NCBI GenBank assembly: GCA_017651185.1
Contig: JAGCDJ010000006.1
Coordinates: 137,766-201,765, forward strand
Source: Bacteroidales bacterium
GTDB lineage: Bacteria; Bacteroidota; Bacteroidia; Bacteroidales; ML635J-15
Direction: 5' to 3'
DNA length: 64,000 nt
The position numbers and the translations under genes are program-made. Below are positions 7,484 through 15,509 of the stretch, one piece after another (the stretch's first letter is position 1; every line of letters starts with the position of its first letter). A model generated the notes under the pieces. It worked only from the letters and a program-made list of their open reading frames with translations. It searched no databases and was not told where the DNA came from.

Positions 7484-8245
7484 ATGAATAGACTTTTTAG
7501 TTTAGTTATGCTAATGTTCATTAGCATGGTCGCTTTTTCACAGAATGATGAATCTAGTGTTTCTGCCGACCGTCCGGGAATGGCTACAGGCACTGATGTT
7601 ATGCCTTTCCTGAAAGTACAATTGGAAACTGGATTCGAGGTTAGCAGTAGCGGCAGTACCGAAATATTGCTGCCTACGACAATGGTTCGCTTCGGTGTTA
7701 CAAAATTTGCCGAACTTCGCCTTGAATATGACGGCTCATTGATACAGAATTACAGCAAAAAGTGGGATTACGAGGTACAGCCGCTCACATTAGGCACTAA
7801 GTTGACGGTTTTCGAAGGTGAAAATTGGATTCCTAAGATCTCGTTTTTGGCAAACATAGCTATACCAATGAAGAAGCAAGGCGCAATACAGTACGAACAT
7901 GTGGCGCCGTCTCTTTATCTGCTGTTCCAGAATGACATTACCGATTGGTTCAACATTGGCTACAATGTCGGAGCAGAATGGTATGGTGTTTCGCATGTCC
8001 CTTCAACATTTCTGGCAGTTTGTCTTGGGTTTAGTTTCTGCGACAATTTTGGCGCATTCATTGAAAGTTATAATTATTTTACACGCTATGGCAAGAAAAA
8101 CACCGATGTAGAATGTGACCTTGATTTCGGACTCACATATACAGTGCATCCTAGGGTACAACTCGACCTATACGGAATGTTCAACTGCCAGAATCCAAAG
8201 TCGTTCAACGGCATAGGTTTCGGAGTGGCATGGCTAATAAACTAA
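7484..8245 (+). CDS. Outer-membrane beta-barrel protein, MetA-pathway/transporter-like family
   Basis: Signal peptide 'MNRLFSLVMLMFISMVAFSQ', the family-typical 'ADRPG' motif, alternating beta-strand pattern, and an aromatic C-terminal strand. Confidence 0.6.
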   Translation: MNRLFSLVMLMFISMVAFSQNDESSVSADRPGMATGTDVMPFLKVQLETGFEVSSSGSTEILLPTTMVRFGVTKFAELRLEYDGSLIQNYSKKWDYEVQPLTLGTKLTVFEGENWIPKISFLANIAIPMKKQGAIQYEHVAPSLYLLFQNDITDWFNIGYNVGAEWYGVSHVPSTFLAVCLGFSFCDNFGAFIESYNYFTRYGKKNTDVECDLDFGLTYTVHPRVQLDLYGMFNCQNPKSFNGIGFGVAWLIN

Positions 8246-8261
8246 CGCAAAATCATTAAAA

Positions 8262-9992
8262 ATGAACAGAAAACAGCAATTCAAGCAGGAACTCAACCGA
8301 GTTTTCGACGACAACCTGCACACCAAGCAGTGGCACAACATTGTCGATTATACAATTATCGGTTTCATTGTATTGAGTACGGTCGAGGTTTTCCTTACAA
8401 CTTTCGACGCGGTAAACGAAGAGTACGAAACGGCATTGACGGTCATCGACTGGATAACGCAGATTTTCTTCACGATAGAAGTTACTTTGCGTATCTGGAA
8501 TGCCGATATGCTTGACCCGAAGTACAAGGGCTTTTGGGGAAGGGTGAGGTATTGTTTCTCGTTCTACGGACTTATCGACCTGCTGTCAACTTATCCGTTC
8601 TACCTGAGTTTCTTTATGACTATACCGTATATGGCACTCAAGGTGCTGAGGGTTGCCCGTTTGTTCCGCGTTTTCAGGTATTTGCACTCGTTCAAACTTT
8701 TGACAAACGCATTTCGGTCGAAAAAGTCGGAACTTCTGGTTTCTATGCAGTTCTTGGTGATTATCACGCTGATACTTTCGTTCATACTTTTCTTTGTGGA
8801 GCATGATGCCCAGCCAGAGGCATACGACAACGGCTGGTATTCGGTCATTTGGGCGTTTGCACAGTATGTCGGCGACCCGGGTGGATTTGGTGAATATCCG
8901 CCTATTACCGCAACCGGACAAGTTATTGCTTTCATAATTGGAATACTTGGAATAGCAATGTTTGCCGTGCCTGCCGGACTTATTGGTTCGGGTTTTACCG
9001 AGGTTATGGAAGAAGAGCAGAAAGAAACCGAATTGAGAGAAAATGCAAAACGAATCAATGAATTCATGCTTATCAAAAGCATAAAACGCGAAGGCTTGTT
9101 TTGGCCAGCTAAGAATTTGAGTTTCGGCGACTTGAAACTGGATTTGGGTATTACTGAAGATGACATTGTAAGATCTGTATTTGCATCCCAAAATCTTCGT
9201 GTAAAGAATCAGAGTGCTGCTATTCTCGAAGGTCCTAAAAATGATATGCTTGTCGTAAACCAGTTTTTCGTAAACAAAGAATACGGAAGTTTTATTAATC
9301 GCGACTCAAGTGTAACTATTGTTAATCCGCTTGGAAGAACAGACAATGGCTTGAGTTTTTTCGATTGGCATATTGCGCAACTTGGAGGTTTTAATTATGT
9401 TGCAAATGAGTTCTATTCAAGGCAAAACGGTAAGGAAAAAGATAAACGTTTCAACTTTTACGCTATTTCGGACATTACCGAACAAAATGAAGTTTTCCAG
9501 CAGTTTATCGATGATATTATTCGCGACAGGGATGAAAATGACTGGATAGTAGTTGTTGCAGGAGAACAAGTAAGCAAAAACATTACAGATTTTCACTTTG
9601 AATTTGGTGGTGAAAAAGGCGAGACTGGCTTCGACTTCCCCGAATGTATCACTCACGACCGCGTAATGCTAAAGCAACTGTATGATGATTTCAGCAAGAC
9701 AATGGCTGAAAAATTAAATCTTAAGACAGATGCTCATCAGGTGCAGCCGAAACTGAACAAGGACAATATTGCAAGGTATATACAGACGCGAACAAAAGCC
9801 AATGTGCTGCTTATTACAGTGTCTTACAAACTTATGATATTCGACAAAGAGTTACATTCCGCAATATTCAATTTTGCCGATGTGCTTAATCGCAATCTAG
9901 AGACCAAGCAACCAAAAGGCTTGCATAAGGAGGAATATCTGGAAAGACCAGTAGAAAACGACTACTGGAAAAAACTGTATGGACTTGTATAA
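8262..9992 (+). CDS. Voltage-gated-type ion transport protein with a ~300-aa cytoplasmic C-terminal domain
   Basis: Six TM segments, with an S4-like 'LKVLRVARLFRVFRYLHSFKLL' (R/K every third residue). The pore region 'FAQYVGDPGGFGEYPPIT' lacks a canonical TVGYG filter. Confidence 0.75.
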   Translation: MNRKQQFKQELNRVFDDNLHTKQWHNIVDYTIIGFIVLSTVEVFLTTFDAVNEEYETALTVIDWITQIFFTIEVTLRIWNADMLDPKYKGFWGRVRYCFSFYGLIDLLSTYPFYLSFFMTIPYMALKVLRVARLFRVFRYLHSFKLLTNAFRSKKSELLVSMQFLVIITLILSFILFFVEHDAQPEAYDNGWYSVIWAFAQYVGDPGGFGEYPPITATGQVIAFIIGILGIAMFAVPAGLIGSGFTEVMEEEQKETELRENAKRINEFMLIKSIKREGLFWPAKNLSFGDLKLDLGITEDDIVRSVFASQNLRVKNQSAAILEGPKNDMLVVNQFFVNKEYGSFINRDSSVTIVNPLGRTDNGLSFFDWHIAQLGGFNYVANEFYSRQNGKEKDKRFNFYAISDITEQNEVFQQFIDDIIRDRDENDWIVVVAGEQVSKNITDFHFEFGGEKGETGFDFPECITHDRVMLKQLYDDFSKTMAEKLNLKTDAHQVQPKLNKDNIARYIQTRTKANVLLITVSYKLMIFDKELHSAIFNFADVLNRNLETKQPKGLHKEEYLERPVENDYWKKLYGLV

Positions 9993-10600
9993 TGAAAATA
10001 CTAGTTACGGCTTTCGAACCATTTGGCGGCAACGACCTTAACTCGTCGTGGGAAGTTGCATCGCTACTACCAGACGAAATAGACAATTGCTTAATTGTAA
10101 AGGAGTTGCTTCCTGTGAATTTTATGACGGCAGGAAAGGAGTTTCGTGCCCTTATCGAAAAGCATTTGCCCGATGTTGTGGTTTCGCTCGGACAAAGCCG
10201 CAAGTTTGCAGGACTAAGCATTGAGCGTGTTGCGCTAAACCTGATGGACTCTGCAAAACCTGATAATTACGGATATATGCCGCAAAACGAGCCAATTCAC
10301 GCAGATGGTGATATAGCATATATGACGACTATTCCTATCCGCAGGCTTGTGGATGTTTGCAAGCAGAAGGATATTCCAGCGCAAATATCCAATTCGGCGG
10401 GTACATTTGTTTGCAATCGCGTTTATTATGAGGCTCTTTACTTTGTTGCGAAAAAGCATTTCCCGACAAAGACATTGTTTGTCCATCTGCCGTATATTAC
10501 GGAGCAGGAAAAGTCTCCTTCGATGGATAAGGTGGTGCTTGCCGAGGGTATTGCAGAGATTATAAAGGAGATAGGGAATTGGCAATGTGAAACAATTTGA
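9992..10600 (+). CDS. pcp: Pyroglutamyl-peptidase I (pyrrolidone-carboxylate peptidase)
   Basis: 'MKILVTAFEPFGGNDLNSSWEV', catalytic Cys context 'SNSAGTFVCN', and His context 'FVHLPY'. Confidence 0.9.
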   Translation: MKILVTAFEPFGGNDLNSSWEVASLLPDEIDNCLIVKELLPVNFMTAGKEFRALIEKHLPDVVVSLGQSRKFAGLSIERVALNLMDSAKPDNYGYMPQNEPIHADGDIAYMTTIPIRRLVDVCKQKDIPAQISNSAGTFVCNRVYYEALYFVAKKHFPTKTLFVHLPYITEQEKSPSMDKVVLAEGIAEIIKEIGNWQCETI

Positions 10601-10646
10601 AACAAATTCATAACGCATCCTGTTGATAAATGTATTTGTCCCCCTC

Positions 10647-10678
10647 TGTAGGGATGCAATGCATTGCGTCCTTTTTTT
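10647..10678 (+). terminator. REP-like hairpin plus T7 run acting as the pcp terminator
   Basis: TGTAGGGATGCAATGCATTGCGTCC followed by TTTTTTT. The stem is GGATGCAATG/CATTGCGTCC with one G-T pair. It shares the TGTAGGGA head with the elements at 3713-3825. Confidence 0.6.
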
Positions 10679-10710
10679 ATGGGTAGTACAAATGGATAAT
10701 AAGAAAAAAT

Positions 10711-10869
10711 CCGTCCAAGTTCCCAAACAAAATCCGTCCAAGTTCCCAAGCAAAATTCGTCCAAGTTCCCAAGCAAAATTCGTCCAAGTTCCCAAGCAAA
10801 ATTCGTCCAAGTTCCCAAGTAAAAACAAGCCAAGTTCCCAGGTGAAAATCGTCCAAGTTCCCAAATGGA
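10711..10869 (+). repeat. Tandem array with seven copies of a 23-bp unit ([T/C]CGTCCAAGTTCCCAAGCAAAAT)
   Basis: Copies start at 10711, 10734, 10757, 10780 and 10803 (exact 23-bp period), followed by two variant copies up to 10869. Confidence 0.9.
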
Positions 10870-10879
10870 TAAAAATAAA

Positions 10880-10911
10880 TTTGCATAACTCATTTATATG
10901 CAGTATCTTTG
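10880..10911 (+). promoter_or_regulatory. Bacteroidetes-type promoter for the ATPase gene (TTTG -33, TATCTTTG -7)
   Basis: TTTG at 10880-10883 and TAtcTTTG at 10904-10911, with a 20-bp spacer, 25 nt upstream of the ATG at 10936. Confidence 0.5.
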
Positions 10912-10935
10912 CGGTGGATTTAAATATGCTGTTAT

Positions 10936-12213
10936 ATGAGTACTTATAGACATCGAATTGCTGACTATATGTTGGCAGAAAGATTGAGAAGAAAAGGTGC
11001 TGTTTTGGTAGAAGGACCAAAGTGGTGCGGCAAGACAACTACCGCTGCACAGCAGGCAAAAAGCATCCTCTATATGGCCGACCCAATGTCAAGACAGCAG
11101 AACCTTCAGGCAGCAAAAGTCAATGTGCAGCATCTTCTAAAGGGAGAAACACCTCGTCTAATTGACGAATGGCAGATTGCACCATCGCTATGGGATAGTG
11201 TCCGTTTTGAAGTCGATCAAAGGAGTGGATACGGACATTTCATTCTCACTGGCAGTAGTGTTCCGCCTTCAATGGATGATATATTTCACTCGGGAACGGG
11301 CCGTTTCTCCAAATTGAAAATGCGAACGATGTCGCTGTACGAGTCGCAGGATTCATCCGGCGAGGTCAGTTTTAGGGACTTGTTCGAAAATCCACAGTCA
11401 TCGCTTAATGGCAGTAGCAATATAGATATAAACAGATTGGCTTTTCTTATTTGCCGTGGTGGTTGGCCGGGAGCGTTGGATTTGAAGGAAAAAGATGCTC
11501 TTGCTCAGGCTTACGATTATTATGATTTGGTTTGCGACAGCGACATATCCCGTGTTGACAATGTGGAGCGCAACCCGCAGCGAGTCAGATTGTTAATGCG
11601 TTCGTATGCTCGTCATCAGGGGACAATGGCAACGATTGGTACGATACTCGCCGATATGAAAGCAAATGAAGCCAGTTCGTTGTCGGACAATACGGTGTAC
11701 GATTACATAAATGCACTTAAAAAGATTTTTGTCATTGAAGATATGCCGGCATGGAATCCTAACTTGCGTAGCAAGACCGCATTGCGCACAAGCGACAATC
11801 GTTACTTTATAGATTCTGCTATAGCGACGTCTGCTTTGGGCGCAAGTCCCGATGACCTTATTAACGATTTGAATACAATGGGCTTGCTTTTCGAGACGCT
11901 TGCTGTGCGCGACCTTCGTGTTTATGCCGATGCTCTTGACGGGCAGGTGTATCACTATCGCGACAAGAAGGGGCTTGAATGTGATGCCATCTTGCATCTT
12001 AGAAATGGATCGTATGGTCTTATTGAAATCAAGTTGGGTGGCGATGACCTTATAGAGGAGGGGGCAAATTCGCTAAAAAAACTTGCGAACGAAATAGATA
12101 CTACTCGTATGAAATCTCCTTCGTTTATGATGGTGCTTACTGGTGTCGGTGATTTTCCATACAGGAGGGACGATGGCGTTATTGTTGTGCCTATTGGCTG
12201 TTTAAGAGATTAA
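10936..12213 (+). CDS. AAA_14/DUF4143-type ATP-binding protein (COG1373-like) with a C-terminal PD-(D/E)xK-like motif
   Basis: Walker A 'VEGPKWCGKTTTA' and Walker B-like 'RLIDEWQ'. The C-terminal 'GLECDAILHLRNGSYGLIEIKLGG' is a D...ExK nuclease-fold signature. Confidence 0.85.
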   Translation: MSTYRHRIADYMLAERLRRKGAVLVEGPKWCGKTTTAAQQAKSILYMADPMSRQQNLQAAKVNVQHLLKGETPRLIDEWQIAPSLWDSVRFEVDQRSGYGHFILTGSSVPPSMDDIFHSGTGRFSKLKMRTMSLYESQDSSGEVSFRDLFENPQSSLNGSSNIDINRLAFLICRGGWPGALDLKEKDALAQAYDYYDLVCDSDISRVDNVERNPQRVRLLMRSYARHQGTMATIGTILADMKANEASSLSDNTVYDYINALKKIFVIEDMPAWNPNLRSKTALRTSDNRYFIDSAIATSALGASPDDLINDLNTMGLLFETLAVRDLRVYADALDGQVYHYRDKKGLECDAILHLRNGSYGLIEIKLGGDDLIEEGANSLKKLANEIDTTRMKSPSFMMVLTGVGDFPYRRDDGVIVVPIGCLRD

Positions 12214-12215
12214 CG

Positions 12216-12264
12216 AAAAACAAGCCAAGTTCCCAAGTGAAAATCGTCCAAGTTCCCAAATGAA
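12216..12264 (+). repeat. Downstream copy of the 49-bp block that ends the upstream tandem array
   Basis: 12216-12264 matches 10821-10869 at 47 of 49 positions in the same orientation. It starts 3 nt after the ATPase stop codon. Confidence 0.9.
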
Positions 12265-12390
12265 CTAATTTGTATTCGCGTAATTTCTTGGTAATAAATG
12301 AATTTATGTTTTGGTATCTTTTGCGAAATTTTGGCATAAATTTTTTGCGTTGATTCATTGTTCTACGATTTTTACAAATGATTATTTATG

Positions 12391-12398
12391 TATTTTTG
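12391..12398 (+). promoter_or_regulatory. Candidate -7 box (TATTTTTG) for the kinase gene
   Basis: Matches the TAnnTTTG consensus, about 40 nt upstream of the start codon. Confidence 0.35.
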
Positions 12399-12435
12399 CA
12401 GTTGTACTTCAATTTGCATAAAAATATAAGCTGAT

Positions 12436-13845
12436 TTGCCAATGGAACAGACATCGGATTCGGGATTTGTAGGAAAACCGTTTGAGGATAAGAGCACAAA
12501 CGAGTTTACAGATCATGTTGAGATGCCGTGTGGTGGTTTCAATCGTCTGTTCCGTGCGAAGCGTTATGGCAAATGGTTTGTCCTGAAAGGTTTAAAGTTA
12601 GAATATTCATCCAATCCTTTTTACCGTGAGTTGCTTGACAAGGAGTTTGAACTCGGTATGATGCTTTCGCATCCGAACATTGTCACAATTTATGGCAGGG
12701 AATACGATGCCGTTCTTGGCGATTGTATTGTAATGGAGTATGTCGATGGCATGACTTTGACTGATTTCCTTGATTCAAAGCCGTCTTCCGAGGCAGTAAG
12801 GAAGGTCGTTGACGAGATATTGTCGGCAATGTCGTACTTTCACGGCTTGCAGGTTGTGCATCGCGATATAAAGCCTAGCAATATTCTAGTAACGCGAAAT
12901 GGTAACAATGTAAAAATCATTGACTTTGGCTTCTCCGATACCGATTCCCACGCAATTTTGAAGCAGCCTGCAGGAACGGCACGTTACGCTGCGCCTGAGC
13001 AATACGATGAAAATGTTGCAATCGATTGTCGTGCAGATATTTATTCTTTTGGAATGGTTCTGAAGGACATTGTATCGGTTACAAAAATAGGTGGATATAA
13101 AGCGGTCGTGCGAAATTGCATTCAATACGACAGGGAAAAGCGCTATGCAAATGCCACAGAAATCCAGAATGCCATTGCTTTTCGTAGGAAATTGAGGATT
13201 TTGCTTCCGATTGTAATTATCTTGACTACTGTTGTGTGTGCTGCTGTGCTTTGGGGACGCAGTGTGATGAATTCGTCTTCGGATGTGCCTGATATTGTCG
13301 CGGATACCATTGTGAAAGTTGATACTGTATTTTCTGCAAGGTACGATTCAGAACTTGTTGATACTGTTGTTGTTCCGCAAAGGGTTGTTACAATTGTTGA
13401 TGCTGAATACGACACCATTTATGCGCAGTCGCTGTATGACGAGGCGAAAGCACAGATGGATGCACTAAGTGCTGCAACAATAGCAAAAATGTCATCTGAT
13501 ACATTGCTGACAGACGAAGAAGTTGCTGCATATCTTACAATGTTTCTTAATATGTCGCAGAGTAAATGTGATTCTATTGCCTCGCGACTGGAAGATGGCA
13601 GTATGTTGCAATCGCAGTTTGTTTCACACTGGAATGTCTTGTTCGAAAGAAATTTCTTTAATATTCAGGATAAGTACAAGTCTCCTCATTTGTATGATTT
13701 GTACGAAAGTGGTAAAATCACAAAAAACACATATATTGAGGAATTTAAGGGGTTGTGTAAACTTCAATTGGATATGGGCATTATGACAAAAGAACAATAT
13801 GATGAAATGGTAGCTGGAATGAAAAGAGCGATAGAGAATGATTAA
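12436..13845 (+). CDS. Hanks-type serine/threonine protein kinase with one TM segment and an uncharacterised C-terminal domain
   Basis: 'VVHRDIKPSNILV', 'KIIDFGFS' and 'ARYAAPEQ'. TM segment 'ILLPIVIILTTVVCAAVLW'. The ATG at 12442 is an alternative start. Confidence 0.85.
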   Translation: MPMEQTSDSGFVGKPFEDKSTNEFTDHVEMPCGGFNRLFRAKRYGKWFVLKGLKLEYSSNPFYRELLDKEFELGMMLSHPNIVTIYGREYDAVLGDCIVMEYVDGMTLTDFLDSKPSSEAVRKVVDEILSAMSYFHGLQVVHRDIKPSNILVTRNGNNVKIIDFGFSDTDSHAILKQPAGTARYAAPEQYDENVAIDCRADIYSFGMVLKDIVSVTKIGGYKAVVRNCIQYDREKRYANATEIQNAIAFRRKLRILLPIVIILTTVVCAAVLWGRSVMNSSSDVPDIVADTIVKVDTVFSARYDSELVDTVVVPQRVVTIVDAEYDTIYAQSLYDEAKAQMDALSAATIAKMSSDTLLTDEEVAAYLTMFLNMSQSKCDSIASRLEDGSMLQSQFVSHWNVLFERNFFNIQDKYKSPHLYDLYESGKITKNTYIEEFKGLCKLQLDMGIMTKEQYDEMVAGMKRAIEND

Positions 13846-14501
13846 TCCTCATTAATGTAATCCCAAATATCTTCAACCTTTTCAATTGTATAGTCTGCAC
13901 CATTTGCAATAAGTTCATCCTTTGTGCGGAAGCCCCAGAGGACGCCAAGAGCAGTTAGTCCTGCATTCTTTGCTGTCTGCATGTCTACGCCTGAATCACC
14001 GAGATATAGGATTTCTTTTTTGGCTGTTGGACATTTTTCAATAATTTTGTGTACTATTGTCGGGTTTGGTTTTACGGGGATTTCTGTGCTTGTGCCTATT
14101 GTAGCAGCGAACTTTATGTCGTGGAAATAGAAATCAACAACAGCATCAACACCTTCCTGATACTTGTTTGAGGCGATTGCTATGTTTATGCCTTTGTCGT
14201 TCAGTTCTTTGAGTAGTGGAATAATGCCATCGTAAGGACAGGTTTCTTCGTGCAGGTGACCATTGTAGCGGATTATGAACTCATCTAGTATTTGTTTGCA
14301 AAATTCGTCATTATCCCTGTGTTCCTCTGGCAATGCTAGTTTTATAAGGCGGCGGATTCCCGAACCTATAAAGTATCTGTATTCATCGTGGGTATGAGGC
14401 GGAAATCCATGCTGGTGCAATACGTAATTGCAGGCGTTTGTGAGGTCGCCGATAGTGTTGAGCAGTGTGCCATCAAGGTCGAATATGATAAGTTTTTTCA
14501 T
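13842..14501 (-). CDS. HAD-superfamily hydrolase (phosphoglycolate-phosphatase-like)
   Basis: Motif I 'IIFDLDGTLLNT', with motifs 'IASNK' and 'YLGDSGVDMQTA'. Confidence 0.8.
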   Translation of the reverse strand: MKKLIIFDLDGTLLNTIGDLTNACNYVLHQHGFPPHTHDEYRYFIGSGIRRLIKLALPEEHRDNDEFCKQILDEFIIRYNGHLHEETCPYDGIIPLLKELNDKGINIAIASNKYQEGVDAVVDFYFHDIKFAATIGTSTEIPVKPNPTIVHKIIEKCPTAKKEILYLGDSGVDMQTAKNAGLTALGVLWGFRTKDELIANGADYTIEKVEDIWDYINED

Positions 14502-14505
14502 TGCG

Positions 14506-15261
14506 CTATTTCTTCTTTTCGAACCACTCGTTTATAATCCTCTTGCCATCGGTTTGCAATGTTGCTGCAAATTCTTTTACTTCAATCTGCAGGCATTCGC
14601 TTAATGGTCGCGACATTGTGGCTGTGATTTCGTGTTTGGCGGCGCGTAATGCTTCGCATGGCTTTGAAGCAAGCAGTTGTGCAAATTCTTCTGCCTTGGC
14701 GTACAGTTCGTTGCGGGGGAAAACCTCTTGTACGATTCCGTGTTGCTTTGCGTAGTCCACAGGAATTTGCTTGCACGAATACACATAGTAAGCGATGTCG
14801 GCAGGGGAGATGTACTTCGACAGGAACGAGATTCCGCCAGCACCGGGGATTATGCCCATATCCACTTCGGGGAATTTCATGCGTGTTTCGGGAGTGCAGA
14901 AACGGATGTCGCAGCGCAGAGCGAGTTCCAGTCCTCCGCCATAAACTATGCCGTCAAGTGCAGCGATGACAGGAATTTCAAGGTTTAGCAGTCCGTCGTA
15001 TATGTAGTGTGCGTTTGTCGCCATTAGGACGGCCTTTTCGTAGTCGGCACCAGAAATTTCGTGCAGATTGCCACCTGCCGAGAAAACTTTTTCTGTGCCA
15101 CGGATGATTAGCACTCGGCATTCCTTGTCGTTGCGTACCGATTCAACGGCTTCGTGGAATTCCTTCAGGAAAAGTTGGCTCATGGCGTTCATCGTCGGTT
15201 CGTTGTCGAACTTGATAGTGGTGATGTTGCCGGCCTTTGATATTGATATGGTTTTGTACAT
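14506..15261 (-). CDS. Enoyl-CoA hydratase/isomerase (crotonase) family protein
   Basis: 'FSAGGNLHE' and 'ALDGIVYGGGLELALRCDIR' are crotonase oxyanion-hole motifs. Confidence 0.8.
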   Translation of the reverse strand: MYKTISISKAGNITTIKFDNEPTMNAMSQLFLKEFHEAVESVRNDKECRVLIIRGTEKVFSAGGNLHEISGADYEKAVLMATNAHYIYDGLLNLEIPVIAALDGIVYGGGLELALRCDIRFCTPETRMKFPEVDMGIIPGAGGISFLSKYISPADIAYYVYSCKQIPVDYAKQHGIVQEVFPRNELYAKAEEFAQLLASKPCEALRAAKHEITATMSRPLSECLQIEVKEFAATLQTDGKRIINEWFEKKK

Positions 15262-15509
15262 TGTTAAGTTTCTTGGTTTCTATGGGCAAAGCCCGTTTCT
15301 GAGTTTCTATGTTTAACGTTTCTAAGTTTGAAATTGTTTGAAATTGTTTGAAGTTGTTTGAAGTTGTTTATGGTTGTTTATTGTTATTTGATGATTTGAA
15401 GATTTGATAATTTGATGATTCTTTGAGTATAGTGAAAAACATTCGTGCTATTCGTGTTATTCGTGGTTATCCTTTCGTTTGAGCGTAGCGAAAACGCCTT
15501 TGCATCTTG
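15262..15509. repeat. Low-complexity 'stutter' intergenic element, family member 1 of 3
   Basis: Contains runs of GTTTGAA[A/G]TT and TTTGAT[G/A]AT, then boxes TTTGAGTATAGTGAAAAAC and TTTGAGCGTAGCGAAAACGCCTTTGCATCTTGTC. These are shared with 24788-25022. Confidence 0.65.

Noticed and set aside
10711-10869. Possible CRISPR array (regular 23-bp repeats), and likewise the 33-bp array at 19557-19677
   Set aside because: The units are directly head-to-tail with no unique spacers. The repeat length is too short, and no cas genes are in the window. These are plain tandem repeats.
10235-11038. ORFs of 69-267 aa crossing the 23-bp tandem array (10235..11038, 10438..10893, 10623..10949, 10677..10886)
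   Set aside because: Their open frames are created by the repeat itself ('LGTWT.FAWELGRILLGNLD' and 'VQVPKQN.SKFPSK' periodic peptides). The 267-aa ORF also runs antisense through pcp.
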